Source of the DNA: a virus
Strand: one strand, 5' to 3'
IMG/VR virus record: IMGVR_UViG_3300030106_005394
Coordinates: 1-64,000 of that record
DNA: 64,000 nt
Within the stretch, counting starts at the first letter, position 1, and every line of letters begins with the position of its first letter. Under the pieces are notes generated by a model that saw only the letters and a list, made by a program, of their open reading frames with translations, ran no database searches and was not told the DNA's origin. Positions 6,716 through 16,103 of this stretch are shown piece by piece. The position numbers were made by a program, and so were the translations under genes.

Positions 6716-8518
6716 ATGGCTACAGGAAACCCTATACTATCCTACCTCGGAAACATTGGTGGGAACATAATGGATGTCGGTAAGAGCGTTATTGGTATGC
6801 CTACTGCACAGAGTACACAAAGTGATCTTGTTGCTGGAGCACCTAGAGTTGGGTTGCTTGGCACTATTAAGACCGCAATGCCAGCAGTAAGGGGTATTGT
6901 TAATGTCGGTAGTGATATAGGTGACGCAATTGAAGATGTCTATGGCAAACACGTAGACCATAACATGAAGGACTTTCAGCTAGGGAAAAGGATTATGCCA
7001 GCCCTAGGTAAGGGATATGGTATTATACACGAAAACATACTAGGGCCTTTATTTGGGTATTCTGGAGCGAATGAGGTGCCAAACGCAAACAAGCCATACG
7101 TAGACGCCGCGTCACCAAGAACAGACCTAACACTTGAGGAGCTAGGGTTTTTAAATGAAGCAAAAGAAAACCCAGAGAAATACTCACTTGAGGAGCTAGG
7201 GTCCATGGGACTCGCAGGTGATGGAGTTGGCCCTCAGGTGGATAGCCCCTTGGCAGAAGATAATCCTTTAACGCCAAATCAATTTGATAACCTAGAGCGA
7301 GAAGGTAAATTTAGTGGGTCTGAGGGTGTACAATTTGATGACTTAGGCTTACCTGTTGAGGGTGAAAATGAAAATGAGGCAGATAAACCTACTGCCACCC
7401 CTAAGCCTAGCACACCTATATTTGATGATTACTTAAGCATGCCAGAAACCGTAAAGTTGGGCGGCGCAGGAAGGCCTGTTGAGGCATCTTATGCAAAAAA
7501 CCAACAAAGACTGAGAGAGCTATTAAAGAACCCAGCTTTTGTTGAGCATATGAATAAATTAGGCGCTCAAGTAACAGATAGCGTTAGAGGGCCTAGAGTA
7601 TCTTGGACACAAAAAGAGCAAGTAAGGCTTGGGGGTAGTAATAGGACAGCCCTCAGAGATGTTCCTAAGCGTTTATTAATGGAGGACTTCCTTGACAATA
7701 TGGAGGTTAGGTTTGCTCCATCTAACCCTGTTGCTCCTCAGACTTCGATTATCCCTACTGCTACTCCAGAAACAGGAAGCTTGCTTGAGGCTAAGAGGAA
7801 AGGCCCAGAAGCCGAAAGTGAGTTTATGGCAAACCAATACGGAAGCCTAGGCGGCGTAACTCCTTCAGTATCGGCGGCAGAAGAAATAAAGAATGCGGGC
7901 AGGAAGGCATTTGATAACTTACTGCAATTCCTTGAGGAGGATAATATTGAGCAACTAATCCTAGAGGCAAGGAACACACCAGAAGGGCAAGCGATACTGG
8001 AAGACCTCGCTAAGACTGATTACGGCAAGAGAATTATAGATAGAGTTACTGGTAGTGCGGTATCAAATCCAGTTACAGCAGACACCACACCTACTGAAGG
8101 TTCAGCCATGTCTCCGCCGATGTTAAGGGCAGATACTACACCTACAACAGGTTCCGCTATGTCCCAACCAATGGTAAGTGCAAGTACAATGCCTCCTCGG
8201 ACGCAACCAATTGCAACCGATTACACGCCAGACGTTCAATCTACTTTGATAGACACCGATTCCCTACCCTTAGTAGGCCCAGATAATCCGTTTATAGAGA
8301 GAGCTGTTTCTGGTGTAATGCCATCCGAGCCAATAGATGCTAACCCTGTGAGTAGGGAAACATCACCATCTATCGCAGATGCAGTTATACAGAGGGTAGC
8401 AAACGGAGAAGATCCTGCGGGAATAGAAGATCAATTAAGTAAAATGGTTGATGCTGATATAATTACACAAGACGAATACGATATGGGTGTTCAAGCCCTA
8501 TTAAATGCTGTCGAGTAA
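6716..8518 (+). CDS. Acidic low-complexity protein, possible internal virion protein
   Basis: 600 aa; internal repeats ADTTPTxGSAMSxPM (x2) and LEELG (x2). Confidence 0.75.
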   Translation: MATGNPILSYLGNIGGNIMDVGKSVIGMPTAQSTQSDLVAGAPRVGLLGTIKTAMPAVRGIVNVGSDIGDAIEDVYGKHVDHNMKDFQLGKRIMPALGKGYGIIHENILGPLFGYSGANEVPNANKPYVDAASPRTDLTLEELGFLNEAKENPEKYSLEELGSMGLAGDGVGPQVDSPLAEDNPLTPNQFDNLEREGKFSGSEGVQFDDLGLPVEGENENEADKPTATPKPSTPIFDDYLSMPETVKLGGAGRPVEASYAKNQQRLRELLKNPAFVEHMNKLGAQVTDSVRGPRVSWTQKEQVRLGGSNRTALRDVPKRLLMEDFLDNMEVRFAPSNPVAPQTSIIPTATPETGSLLEAKRKGPEAESEFMANQYGSLGGVTPSVSAAEEIKNAGRKAFDNLLQFLEEDNIEQLILEARNTPEGQAILEDLAKTDYGKRIIDRVTGSAVSNPVTADTTPTEGSAMSPPMLRADTTPTTGSAMSQPMVSASTMPPRTQPIATDYTPDVQSTLIDTDSLPLVGPDNPFIERAVSGVMPSEPIDANPVSRETSPSIADAVIQRVANGEDPAGIEDQLSKMVDADIITQDEYDMGVQALLNAVE

Positions 8519-8841
8519 TGTTTAGTAAGAGACGATTAAAGGAGTGGTTTAACGTAGTTAAGGTATCAAAGCCTTCTATTTTGGGCTGGATAAAAATGAT
8601 ATTCGGGCTATTGTCATTATTATTCGGTAAGAGGATTTCGCCAATTACATGGCGTAAAAGAATGAATGCTTGCTACATGTGTCCAGTTTATGATCCAGTA
8701 TGGAAGCGTTGTCGTCCATATAACAACAGCGAGCTTGGTTGTGGATGCTATGCTCCATACAGTAATATGTTAGGCAAGGAATGCTGGGGGAGAAAAACCC
8801 AAGGCGCTCCATTTGGATGGGGAGAAGAACATGGAAACTAA
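8518..8841 (+). CDS. Small Cys-rich metal-binding protein with a hydrophobic segment
   Basis: CYMC...RC...CGC...C pattern. Confidence 0.7.
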   Translation: MFSKRRLKEWFNVVKVSKPSILGWIKMIFGLLSLLFGKRISPITWRKRMNACYMCPVYDPVWKRCRPYNNSELGCGCYAPYSNMLGKECWGRKTQGAPFGWGEEHGN

Positions 8842-9202
8842 TCCAATAGATGCTTATCTCAAAGACTACATGCAGCACCTTATATGGGTAGGTCTGTCCC
8901 TAGTGGTATGGATGCTTATAAAGGACATGCTGGCCAAGTTAGCCGCAGGTATTACTTTCTATGCAAGCCCCAACTGGAGTGTAGGAGACGAGTGTTTAAT
9001 CGACAACAAGCGCGCAATTATCAGCAGCATAGGAATAAGGACCACAGTTTTTCAAATAAGGCAAAATGGTGAAGTTCGGTGGAGATTTGTCCCAAATGAC
9101 AAGATTACGGAACTTACACTAGAGAAGGTTGTGGACATGCACAACATTGAGAACCACTTAAAAAGAGATGTGGGATCTGGACACAATAAAAAAACTGAAT
9201 GA
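8813..9202 (+). CDS. MscS-like mechanosensitive channel domain protein (start perhaps 8831)
   Basis: TM helix then KDMLAKLAAGITF...WSVGDECLID...ISSIGIRTT...VPN, matching the MscS TM3 and middle beta domain. Confidence 0.75.
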   Translation: MDGEKNMETNPIDAYLKDYMQHLIWVGLSLVVWMLIKDMLAKLAAGITFYASPNWSVGDECLIDNKRAIISSIGIRTTVFQIRQNGEVRWRFVPNDKITELTLEKVVDMHNIENHLKRDVGSGHNKKTE

Positions 9203-9399
9203 CAAGGAAGTCGAGCGCCGCAGGGAAAAGGTGCAAGAGGTGGTATCACCATTCACGCCCAAGCCCTTCACTCTTGATAAGGATGGAAAGAAGAAGGTTA
9301 AGGAGGACAAGAAGGATGGAGGGAGTTAGTTCAGTAATTTTAATTGGCTGGGTAGGGGTTATATGCTTTCTAGCAGCCGCATACATTATACATTCATGA

Positions 9400-9696
9400 A
9401 TGAAGAGGACACCACTCAAGCGCAAGACACCACTGAAGAGAACGGGTCGTCTGAGGCCAATGTCGAAGAAACGTCAGGAGGAGAGCAAGACGTACTCCCA
9501 GAGACGCCAGACCTTCCTACAGAAATACCCCCAATGCCAAGTGTGTCGCCGCCGAAAGGCAACAGATATACACCACGTGGCGGGCCGAGGTAAGAACTAT
9601 CTTAACGAAGATACGTGGCTTGCTACATGCAGAGAGTGCCACGAAAGGATTCACAGGAATCCGAAATGGGCTAGAGAGAAGGGTCTACTTCTTTAA
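9400..9696 (+). CDS. HNH endonuclease
   Basis: MKRTPLKR leader, CQVC...DIHH...CRECHERIH. Confidence 0.85.
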   Translation: MKRTPLKRKTPLKRTGRLRPMSKKRQEESKTYSQRRQTFLQKYPQCQVCRRRKATDIHHVAGRGKNYLNEDTWLATCRECHERIHRNPKWAREKGLLL

Positions 9697-10117
9697 ACTC
9701 GTTTCTGTGTATATGACCAACAGGTTCCTCGTCTTGGTCATCCCTAGGCTTAGCGTTACCACCTATAAATCTTCCACCCCATCCGAAGTATTCGATGCCT
9801 GATGGGTTATATCTCCACCACCAAAGTCCGTCTGCATTCTTGAGTAAAAGAGTTACTGGTATATTCATGTTGGAGTAAGTCTGCATGTGCATCAGCTTTG
9901 CCATGCTCATAATCAATGTACTGTACTTATTCCAAGAGAAAGTCCTGCATCTTACCTCTACAAGCCCTAGCATTCTTTTGTCTCTGAACACAGCAAAGTC
10001 CATACGATACTGTATGGGTATCTTCTTGAAGCTGTAACCATAACGCTTCGCGAATGTCTGCATGACTTGTAATTCCTCATCTAGATTCGCCTTAGTTTCG
10101 TATAGGGGTCTACTCAC
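9671..10117 (-). CDS. PD-(D/E)XK nuclease-family protein
   Basis: YRMDF...VEVRCR (K replaced by R), DQDEEP tail. Confidence 0.65.
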   Translation of the reverse strand: MSRPLYETKANLDEELQVMQTFAKRYGYSFKKIPIQYRMDFAVFRDKRMLGLVEVRCRTFSWNKYSTLIMSMAKLMHMQTYSNMNIPVTLLLKNADGLWWWRYNPSGIEYFGWGGRFIGGNAKPRDDQDEEPVGHIHRNEFKEVDPSL

Positions 10118-10299
10118 TTACACTCCACCATTCTATATACTGGTACAGCCGTGTACGTCTCGCCCTCATGTGAATACTCTACTACATCCTCCCCAAAGAT
10201 GTCCTCTGACATATTTATCACATTGACATCGCTTAATCGCAACCACTCCCCGTGCAGATTAACAAATGCAACAGACTCAAGCTTCTTCACTTCGTGCAT
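10114..10299 (-). CDS. Hypothetical protein
   Basis: Small overlapping ORF in the operon. Confidence 0.55.
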   Translation of the reverse strand: MHEVKKLESVAFVNLHGEWLRLSDVNVINMSEDIFGEDVVEYSHEGETYTAVPVYRMVECK

Positions 10300-10609
10300 T
10301 TGGTCTATTATCTATAAAGGTTCCGTGTTTTGCTGAATCCAGTAGTATGGCACAGCTTGCCGCAATGTGAGCCAAGTGACATTCGCCCGTTTCCTTATCA
10401 AGGTCTTCTCCGTCAATCCAAGCGTCTATGTGTCTTCTCATTGCACCCACATAAGTCATTGCTGATATTCTTGATCCTCTTCGCCAGTTCCAAGCACCAT
10501 ACTTCTTTGCGCCAGAGGCAAGGGCAAATGCCATTGCCTCATTAAGTGCTGGAGGTATCAAGTGTAAGGGGGGCTTTTTGGATGCAGCGTGCTGCTTAGG
10601 GTCGCTCAC
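10277..10609 (-). CDS. dATP/dGTP diphosphohydrolase domain protein (DUF5664-like)
   Basis: KPPLHLIP...GAKKYGAWNWR...AMRRH...GED.D.ETG..HLAH. Confidence 0.85.
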   Translation of the reverse strand: MSDPKQHAASKKPPLHLIPPALNEAMAFALASGAKKYGAWNWRRGSRISAMTYVGAMRRHIDAWIDGEDLDKETGECHLAHIAASCAILLDSAKHGTFIDNRPNARSEEA

Positions 10610-10869
10610 TTCTTCTTGGCCTTTCTTGCTGCCTTCTTTAGTCTATTGTCTCTTTTGTCGATGAACTCCTGCCACTTATCCCTTGCAGATAATGCATCCT
10701 CTAGGGTCATGCCAGCATGTTCGGCAGGAAAACTAGGTTCCCCCTTTAGGTGTCTCTCTCCGACTGCACCCCATTTCGCAGACATAATCCTTAAGTCCCA
10801 AGTGCTTGGGTCCTTATAGTTGGGCACAAGAAGGACGTCCGTCAGTTTATAATCACTGGAACTTTGCAT
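10606..10869 (-). CDS. Hypothetical protein
   Basis: 87 aa overlapping ORF in the operon. Confidence 0.6.
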   Translation of the reverse strand: MQSSSDYKLTDVLLVPNYKDPSTWDLRIMSAKWGAVGERHLKGEPSFPAEHAGMTLEDALSARDKWQEFIDKRDNRLKKAARKAKKK

Positions 10870-11062
10870 GCAATGTGCTGATTAGCTCAACCTGCATTTG
10901 CAAGGCTGCCTCAGTCATATCTTGCTTCTCAATCCACAGAGCATAGGCATCAATGTGCGATGCTATATTCCTGTAAACGTCTCCTATTGCTTTGAATCCG
11001 TCGATGACTTGTTCTTTAGTAGCCACTCCAGATGTTGTTTTACTATCCTCAGATGCCGACAT
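10853..11062 (-). CDS. Hypothetical protein
   Basis: 69 aa ORF in the operon. Confidence 0.5.
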   Translation of the reverse strand: MSASEDSKTTSGVATKEQVIDGFKAIGDVYRNIASHIDAYALWIEKQDMTEAALQMQVELISTLHAKFQ

Positions 11063-11289
11063 TGCTTTTTGGGTTTGATGTTATTATTCAGCTTGGGTCG
11101 TATGTTAAAGCTGAAATACTCACAAGAGCACTCTCCGTAACCATCGTACTCTTCTAAATCTACTAGGTGGACGTTTTCGTTTCGGGTTAAGCTTTTAACT
11201 AGGAATCGGTATGGTGGATCAAGAACTTCTACTTTCATCCTCTTCATCATCTCGATTCTTTTCGCTTTTGCCAAATTCGAAATCACCAC
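10984..11289 (-). CDS. SWIM-type zinc finger protein
   Basis: ECSCEYF...CRH (CxC-xn-CxH). Confidence 0.7.
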   Translation of the reverse strand: MVISNLAKAKRIEMMKRMKVEVLDPPYRFLVKSLTRNENVHLVDLEEYDGYGECSCEYFSFNIRPKLNNNIKPKKQCRHLRIVKQHLEWLLKNKSSTDSKQ

Positions 11290-11407
11290 GCATTGGCTTA
11301 CCTCCCCTTTTGGCCCAAAACTTTTCGTATCCCTCGTCTATCATTTTAGCGGTCTCTGACCACCATGACTCAGGGAGAGAATATAAATCTATCTCATCCC
11401 TGTTCAT
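11219..11407 (-). CDS. Hypothetical protein
   Basis: 62 aa ORF directly after ssb. Confidence 0.5.
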   Translation of the reverse strand: MNRDEIDLYSLPESWWSETAKMIDEGYEKFWAKRGGKPMRGDFEFGKSEKNRDDEEDESRSS

Positions 11408-11421
11408 GGCAGCCCTAAATG

Positions 11422-11745
11422 CTATTCTTCCTTTTTCCCGCCTAAGAACCGAAACTCTCTTGCGCGAAACTTGGTTATAGTCCTGTTGTTTCCCTCCTTG
11501 TCCTGATAGGTCTGTTGATCGACGTTTCCCTCAATAAACACAGGCTCACCTTTGGAGGCCATGCAGATGATGTCTGCCAGCTTTCCCCACGCCTCACAGC
11601 GAAGGAACTGAACCTCATCTTCTCTTTCGTTCACCGCAATAGTGAACTCCACTTTTGTGATTTCTCCATTTTCAGAGTTAATCGCTCGCTTTTCTGGGTC
11701 AGCCGTAAGGTTGCCCATGATTACTACTTTAGCGTATCCTTTCAT
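11422..11745 (-). CDS. ssb: Single-stranded DNA-binding protein (OB fold only)
   Basis: MGNLTADPE, F.IAVN, CEAWGKLA, KG.PVFIEG, YQDKEG. Confidence 0.93.
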   Translation of the reverse strand: MKGYAKVVIMGNLTADPEKRAINSENGEITKVEFTIAVNEREDEVQFLRCEAWGKLADIICMASKGEPVFIEGNVDQQTYQDKEGNNRTITKFRAREFRFLGGKKEE

Positions 11746-13088
11746 AGTCCGAATCTAGTTTGGGTTGTTGTTTTTGGGATGTCTTGTTCTTCTGAACCAT
11801 CATCATATGGTACGAATCTTTGGACTTCCCTTTGAAAGTTTAAGTCTGCAAATCCTTGTTGTCCGTTTCTGTTTTTAGCAACAGAGCACCTGACCAAGTT
11901 TGGGCTGCTTTGCTCCTCTGGTCTCCAGAGCATAAGGCAAACATCGCAATCTTGTTCAAGCTGTCCACTTTCTCTTAGGTCTGATAATTTAGGTCCTCTC
12001 TGAGCAATCTCGCTCTGTCGATTTAACTGACATAGCAAAAGGATTGGAATGTCAAGCTCCTTGCATAAGTTTTTAATAGAATTGGACATTTCTGCTACTT
12101 GTTGCTCTCTAGGGATGCGAGGATCTCTTGGTCTCACTAGCTGGAGGTAGTCAATTATTAGGAACCCAAGCCCACTACTCTTCAGTCGCCGTGCTCGCGC
12201 TCTAATCTGAGCAACTGAGGGAGAAGGTGTTTCATCAATCCAGAAGGTAGAGTTCTCTAAATCTTTCTCAGCTTGATCTACTGCTTTCTCTTGGTTTTCA
12301 GTAAGCAAACCATCAACCATAATATCTGCTTTCACGTTCGCCAAGGAACAGACCATTCTCTGCATTAGCGAATCTGCCGACATCTCAATGGATTGATACA
12401 GCGTAGGGATATTATCCTTTAGTACCGCTTGCAGGAAGCAATGAAGTGAGAATGCAGTCTTTCCTACGCTTGGCCTTGCAGCCAGTAGAGTCAGCTCATT
12501 CCTCTTAAATCCTTTTAGCCTCACATCCAAGTCACGTATTCCAGAAGGGATGCCGCTTTTCCCTTGCGCTTCCTTCAGCCTAGCAATGGATGACTTTGCT
12601 ATCTTAACAGCCTCAGAGCTATCGTGGAAGTATTCATTCCTGCATCTCTCCTTGGAGATTTGCATTACCTCGTTATCTACTGTATCCAAGATTGTTTCTA
12701 TCTGGATTCGTTGCTGTGATATGGAATCCAGAGTCTGATTACATAAAGCTCTCAGCTTTCTTGATGCAGAGTCATTCTCTATGATCTCGGCCCACATATC
12801 GAAGTGTAAGCTCGTCTCAACTGATCCACTTATTGAATTTAGTGTGGCAAAGTCTATTTCATCTGCCCAACCAAGTTCCTTGATTCTCTCAAGTAGACTT
12901 AATTCATCAATCTCAGGGGAGGTATCCCAGAGGGATAATAGAGCCTTGAAGATCATTTGGTACTTTAGGTCATGGAAGGATGTGTGATCTATCCTCCTGT
13001 CTAGTGCCCTGCCTATGCAGTCTGGGTCAATTATGCAACAGGCGAGTACGCCTCTTTCTGCGTTTTGGTTGTATGTTGGTTCTGTCAT
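11742..13088 (-). CDS. dnaB: Replicative DNA helicase
   Basis: AARPSVGKT, IIDYLQL, LCQLNR, LSDLRESGQLEQD.D, KNRNG. Confidence 0.97.
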   Translation of the reverse strand: MTEPTYNQNAERGVLACCIIDPDCIGRALDRRIDHTSFHDLKYQMIFKALLSLWDTSPEIDELSLLERIKELGWADEIDFATLNSISGSVETSLHFDMWAEIIENDSASRKLRALCNQTLDSISQQRIQIETILDTVDNEVMQISKERCRNEYFHDSSEAVKIAKSSIARLKEAQGKSGIPSGIRDLDVRLKGFKRNELTLLAARPSVGKTAFSLHCFLQAVLKDNIPTLYQSIEMSADSLMQRMVCSLANVKADIMVDGLLTENQEKAVDQAEKDLENSTFWIDETPSPSVAQIRARARRLKSSGLGFLIIDYLQLVRPRDPRIPREQQVAEMSNSIKNLCKELDIPILLLCQLNRQSEIAQRGPKLSDLRESGQLEQDCDVCLMLWRPEEQSSPNLVRCSVAKNRNGQQGFADLNFQREVQRFVPYDDGSEEQDIPKTTTQTRFGL

Positions 13089-13768
13089 GATAGTCCTTTC
13101 TCTTCTAGGTATTCGATTCTGTAAACGTCTAGGTTTGTAGCTTTCTCAAGCCACCCCTTTTCTTTCATCCACTTAATGAAGTCTTTCTCTGGGAATTCAA
13201 CGGAAGGCGCAGGTATTCCCTTTCCCTGCAACCAAGTTCTGCAAGCATTTCTCCAAGTTGCATTCCAGTCGGCATAAGCCTTACCGCTTCCAATTGCCCA
13301 ATTCTTGAAGAACTCAATTGCTCCTTCTGGGTCAAGGTTATTTTCGGAAGCATACTTAGGGTCACTGGGCTTCCAGTTTTCCTTCATTTTTGATCTTCTG
13401 CCTTTGATGGTTCCTTTTGATGGTTCTTTATAAAGAGAGGGGGTGTCCTGTGGGACACTACCCCCCCTGTCCTGTGGGACACCCCTGTCCTGTGGGACAC
13501 CCCCCTCGCCCAATGGAGAAACTTGGTAGACGGAAGTCTCTAATCCGCCTCCAACAGATAGCCTCTCTAGAAGTCCCTTTGATTCCAGCTTCTCAATTAG
13601 CTTAGTCACTGATCTCCTCTGGACACGAACCTTTTGAGATAGGGTCTTAATTGAGGGCCAGCAAACTCCCTCGTCATTGGCATGGTCGCAGAGCGCCAGA
13701 AGCAGAAGTAGTTCTGATCCAGCCACATCCTCGTTACTCCAAGCCTGAGTCATTAGTCTTATGCTCAC
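13085..13768 (-). CDS. Replication initiator with N-terminal winged HTH
   Basis: LLLLALCDHANDEG.CWPS..TL motif, C-terminal DW.ATWRN motif, internal iterons, directly upstream of dnaB. Confidence 0.85.
   Translation of the reverse strand: MSIRLMTQAWSNEDVAGSELLLLLALCDHANDEGVCWPSIKTLSQKVRVQRRSVTKLIEKLESKGLLERLSVGGGLETSVYQVSPLGEGGVPQDRGVPQDRGGSVPQDTPSLYKEPSKGTIKGRRSKMKENWKPSDPKYASENNLDPEGAIEFFKNWAIGSGKAYADWNATWRNACRTWLQGKGIPAPSVEFPEKDFIKWMKEKGWLEKATNLDVYRIEYLEEKGLS
13444..13500. repeat. Three iterons TGTCCTGTGGGACAC (putative replication origin)
   Basis: Exact 15-mers at 13444, 13468 and 13486 inside the initiator gene, as in lambda O. Confidence 0.85.
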
Positions 13769-14216
13769 CTTTCTGTATCCTTTCTTTTACTTTTTTTACA
13801 ATTTCATCCCAGTCATCATCTAGGGTTATATGAACTCCAGTTCTGTCGCCCCAGCCCTTCATCAAGGTCATCTTCCAAATGATCTGGTCAGATACTAACC
13901 ATCCGCAAGTAACCATTGAGTCAACAAAAATCTTACTCAAGTTATCTAGGTCAGGTTTTGTATACATTGGTAGCCACCCAAGGGTCTTGTTTTTTTGTGG
14001 CTCTGATTTCCTCCAAGGCCAAGTAAATGCAACCTTCAGAGTACACGGCTTAGAGAATGGTTCCTCTGGCGCATTAGGGGCAAGCAGGGATACCCAAGTA
14101 TCCCTGCAAGCCACTCCACGCTTATCCTTAAACATCTTACCATCTTTGGTAAAGCGCAAGGAGCTTTGTGCTGTAGTCTTTGGAGCTACGCACGATATGA
14201 AAACGTCATGCTGCAT
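13734..14216 (-). CDS. rusA: RusA-family Holliday junction resolvase
   Basis: TKPDLDNL.K...D.....W..SD..I. Confidence 0.88.
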   Translation of the reverse strand: MQHDVFISCVAPKTTAQSSLRFTKDGKMFKDKRGVACRDTWVSLLAPNAPEEPFSKPCTLKVAFTWPWRKSEPQKNKTLGWLPMYTKPDLDNLSKIFVDSMVTCGWLVSDQIIWKMTLMKGWGDRTGVHITLDDDWDEIVKKVKERIQKGEHKTNDSGLE

Positions 14217-14970
14217 CGGCTAAAACCATTTTGTCCATTACTTTGGTTAGTAGATGCGTCCTGTCCTGCATTGTCGGGTATGACCATTTTTTGGCTACTT
14301 CCGTGAATGCATTGTACAGGCTCCAACAATCTCTATTTTTGAACGCATCATGCGTTGGATTATAGAAGGTGTTGACCCAAGGCTTCAGCATTGATGGAGG
14401 GATTGCTCCAGCACGCATAGCAACCATTATGATGTCGTGCGCTGTCAATCTATCCAAGGAGTGAGCCTTGTAGGCCTCAACTCGCTTTTCATTTTCCTCG
14501 AACTGCTTATTGAGTTCAGTTATTGCACCACTTAACATCTTAGGCAAGTCCTTGAAGATATTCTTGGTGTGCCTTCGGCCCACTACGATGTTAGCAGAGA
14601 AGCTCAGGTTGTCGCACACGAATACACGATTACCACATCCCATATTCGCCCTAAACTGCATAGTGCTGGAGTTCCTTAAGCCTACAAGCTTAGCCATATC
14701 CTCATGGTTATTGCAGTTACGCAATTCCATAAGGCCAAACATATTATCCTGAGTAAGCTTACCATCTTTCTTTGAAAGAAAGCGTTGTAGGCTAAACTCC
14801 TCATGGACAATTTTGTATCCAGCATTCTCTAGAGCATTCTGCACTTCGTTTAAGAAGTAGTCATGCCGAATGGGATAGTGAGTTTCCGTCATAGGTACTG
14901 GGTTTGTTAGTTTACCGAGTTCCTCTCTTGTGATATGGCGACCGCCACAATGGTTCATGAAACCTTTCAT
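14206..14970 (-). CDS. DUF932-family protein
   Basis: PIRH, LRNS, G.RVFVCDNL.F, RRHT, WSLYNAFTE. Confidence 0.85.
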   Translation of the reverse strand: MKGFMNHCGGRHITREELGKLTNPVPMTETHYPIRHDYFLNEVQNALENAGYKIVHEEFSLQRFLSKKDGKLTQDNMFGLMELRNCNNHEDMAKLVGLRNSSTMQFRANMGCGNRVFVCDNLSFSANIVVGRRHTKNIFKDLPKMLSGAITELNKQFEENEKRVEAYKAHSLDRLTAHDIIMVAMRAGAIPPSMLKPWVNTFYNPTHDAFKNRDCWSLYNAFTEVAKKWSYPTMQDRTHLLTKVMDKMVLADAA

Positions 14971-16103
14971 GATTCGTCTTCCTTCTTTTTAGTATTCTTG
15001 ATTATACGGGCGGTAGATTCCTTAACCTGAACGGCACTAGCCGATTTCATTATATCCCGTAGTTCTTTTTTAGCTTTAGCTGTAGACTGGCCTGTTTTTT
15101 CAGCCCATATCTTAATTAGGTTCCTTTCTTGTAGTTTTACCAGCTTGTCCATCTCTTCGATGTCAAAGCCTCTTTCTCTGAGGATAGGCAGAGCCTTCTC
15201 CGTGTCGTAGGTGGCAATTTTCATGCCCCTACCCAGTTTGTAGCCCTCTACGGACTCAGGGTCGCTTTTAAGCTTATCCCTTACAGTTGACTTCACGCTC
15301 GCTGCGAACTTTTCGTACATTCCAGCCAGCGCATATGCCTTGCCCAGTTCTTCAGGGTCTTTGGATATCTCCTCAATGGTCTTACCCATTATTTCTTCTA
15401 GTAGTTGTCGAGCCTCTGGGCAGAATGGTAAGGCTCTGCAGTATTTGCATTGCTTCGCTCCAGCCACCCTAGGGGCATCGGGGTTTTTGATTGCCTTGGA
15501 CAGCTTATACAATTTACCCGCCCAAGCTTTGACTGTAGCCCTATCGAGCATTGACACCGTATACATCGGATCAAGCAAAGGAGTTACTAGGGCCACAAAG
15601 CACTCCTGTATATTTTTATTCTCCTGCATTACGAGAGCCGCCAGCGTAAACAGCTGAGGGTTTACGTGAGCAGGAGAGTGCTCTCCGTACAGCATCTTGT
15701 AATCTACAATAAGCGCACGTTTATATTGAGGTATTATTTCAACATAGTCAGGTTTACCGCTAAGGAATGGAACGTCATTACTGTCACGTAACCACATCCG
15801 TTGTTCCTTAATCTGATAACCTTCACCCTTTATTGTGCGTTGACGTAGCTCATGTACTGCCAACTTTGAATTTGTGATGGCCCTAGCACGCTCAGGATCA
15901 TCAATCTCGTCAATGGGCATATCCATTTCAGCAAGTGCATGGCGAATTGTGCCTTCACTAGATTCAGAATACTGAATATCTGGCAGTCCCTTCTCCGCAA
16001 GAAACTTACCCTTGCAGAGGAATAGGGACTCTACTCCCGACGCAGAGGGCATACCTCCACGCTCGTCAGCTAGATCATCAGAATGGGAGCTCATCTCCGT
16101 CAT
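14967..16103 (-). CDS. DUF2800/Cas4-like PD-(D/E)XK exonuclease
   Basis: EGT..H, GKPD...IVDYK, NPQL, CKYC...C; adjacent to erf. Confidence 0.82.
   Translation of the reverse strand: MTEMSSHSDDLADERGGMPSASGVESLFLCKGKFLAEKGLPDIQYSESSEGTIRHALAEMDMPIDEIDDPERARAITNSKLAVHELRQRTIKGEGYQIKEQRMWLRDSNDVPFLSGKPDYVEIIPQYKRALIVDYKMLYGEHSPAHVNPQLFTLAALVMQENKNIQECFVALVTPLLDPMYTVSMLDRATVKAWAGKLYKLSKAIKNPDAPRVAGAKQCKYCRALPFCPEARQLLEEIMGKTIEEISKDPEELGKAYALAGMYEKFAASVKSTVRDKLKSDPESVEGYKLGRGMKIATYDTEKALPILRERGFDIEEMDKLVKLQERNLIKIWAEKTGQSTAKAKKELRDIMKSASAVQVKESTARIIKNTKKKEDES

Noticed and set aside
10277-10609. Diphosphohydrolase as a sign of a 2-aminoadenine or otherwise modified genome
   Set aside because: No purZ, modification enzymes or phage DNA polymerase in the window; the domain is common alone.
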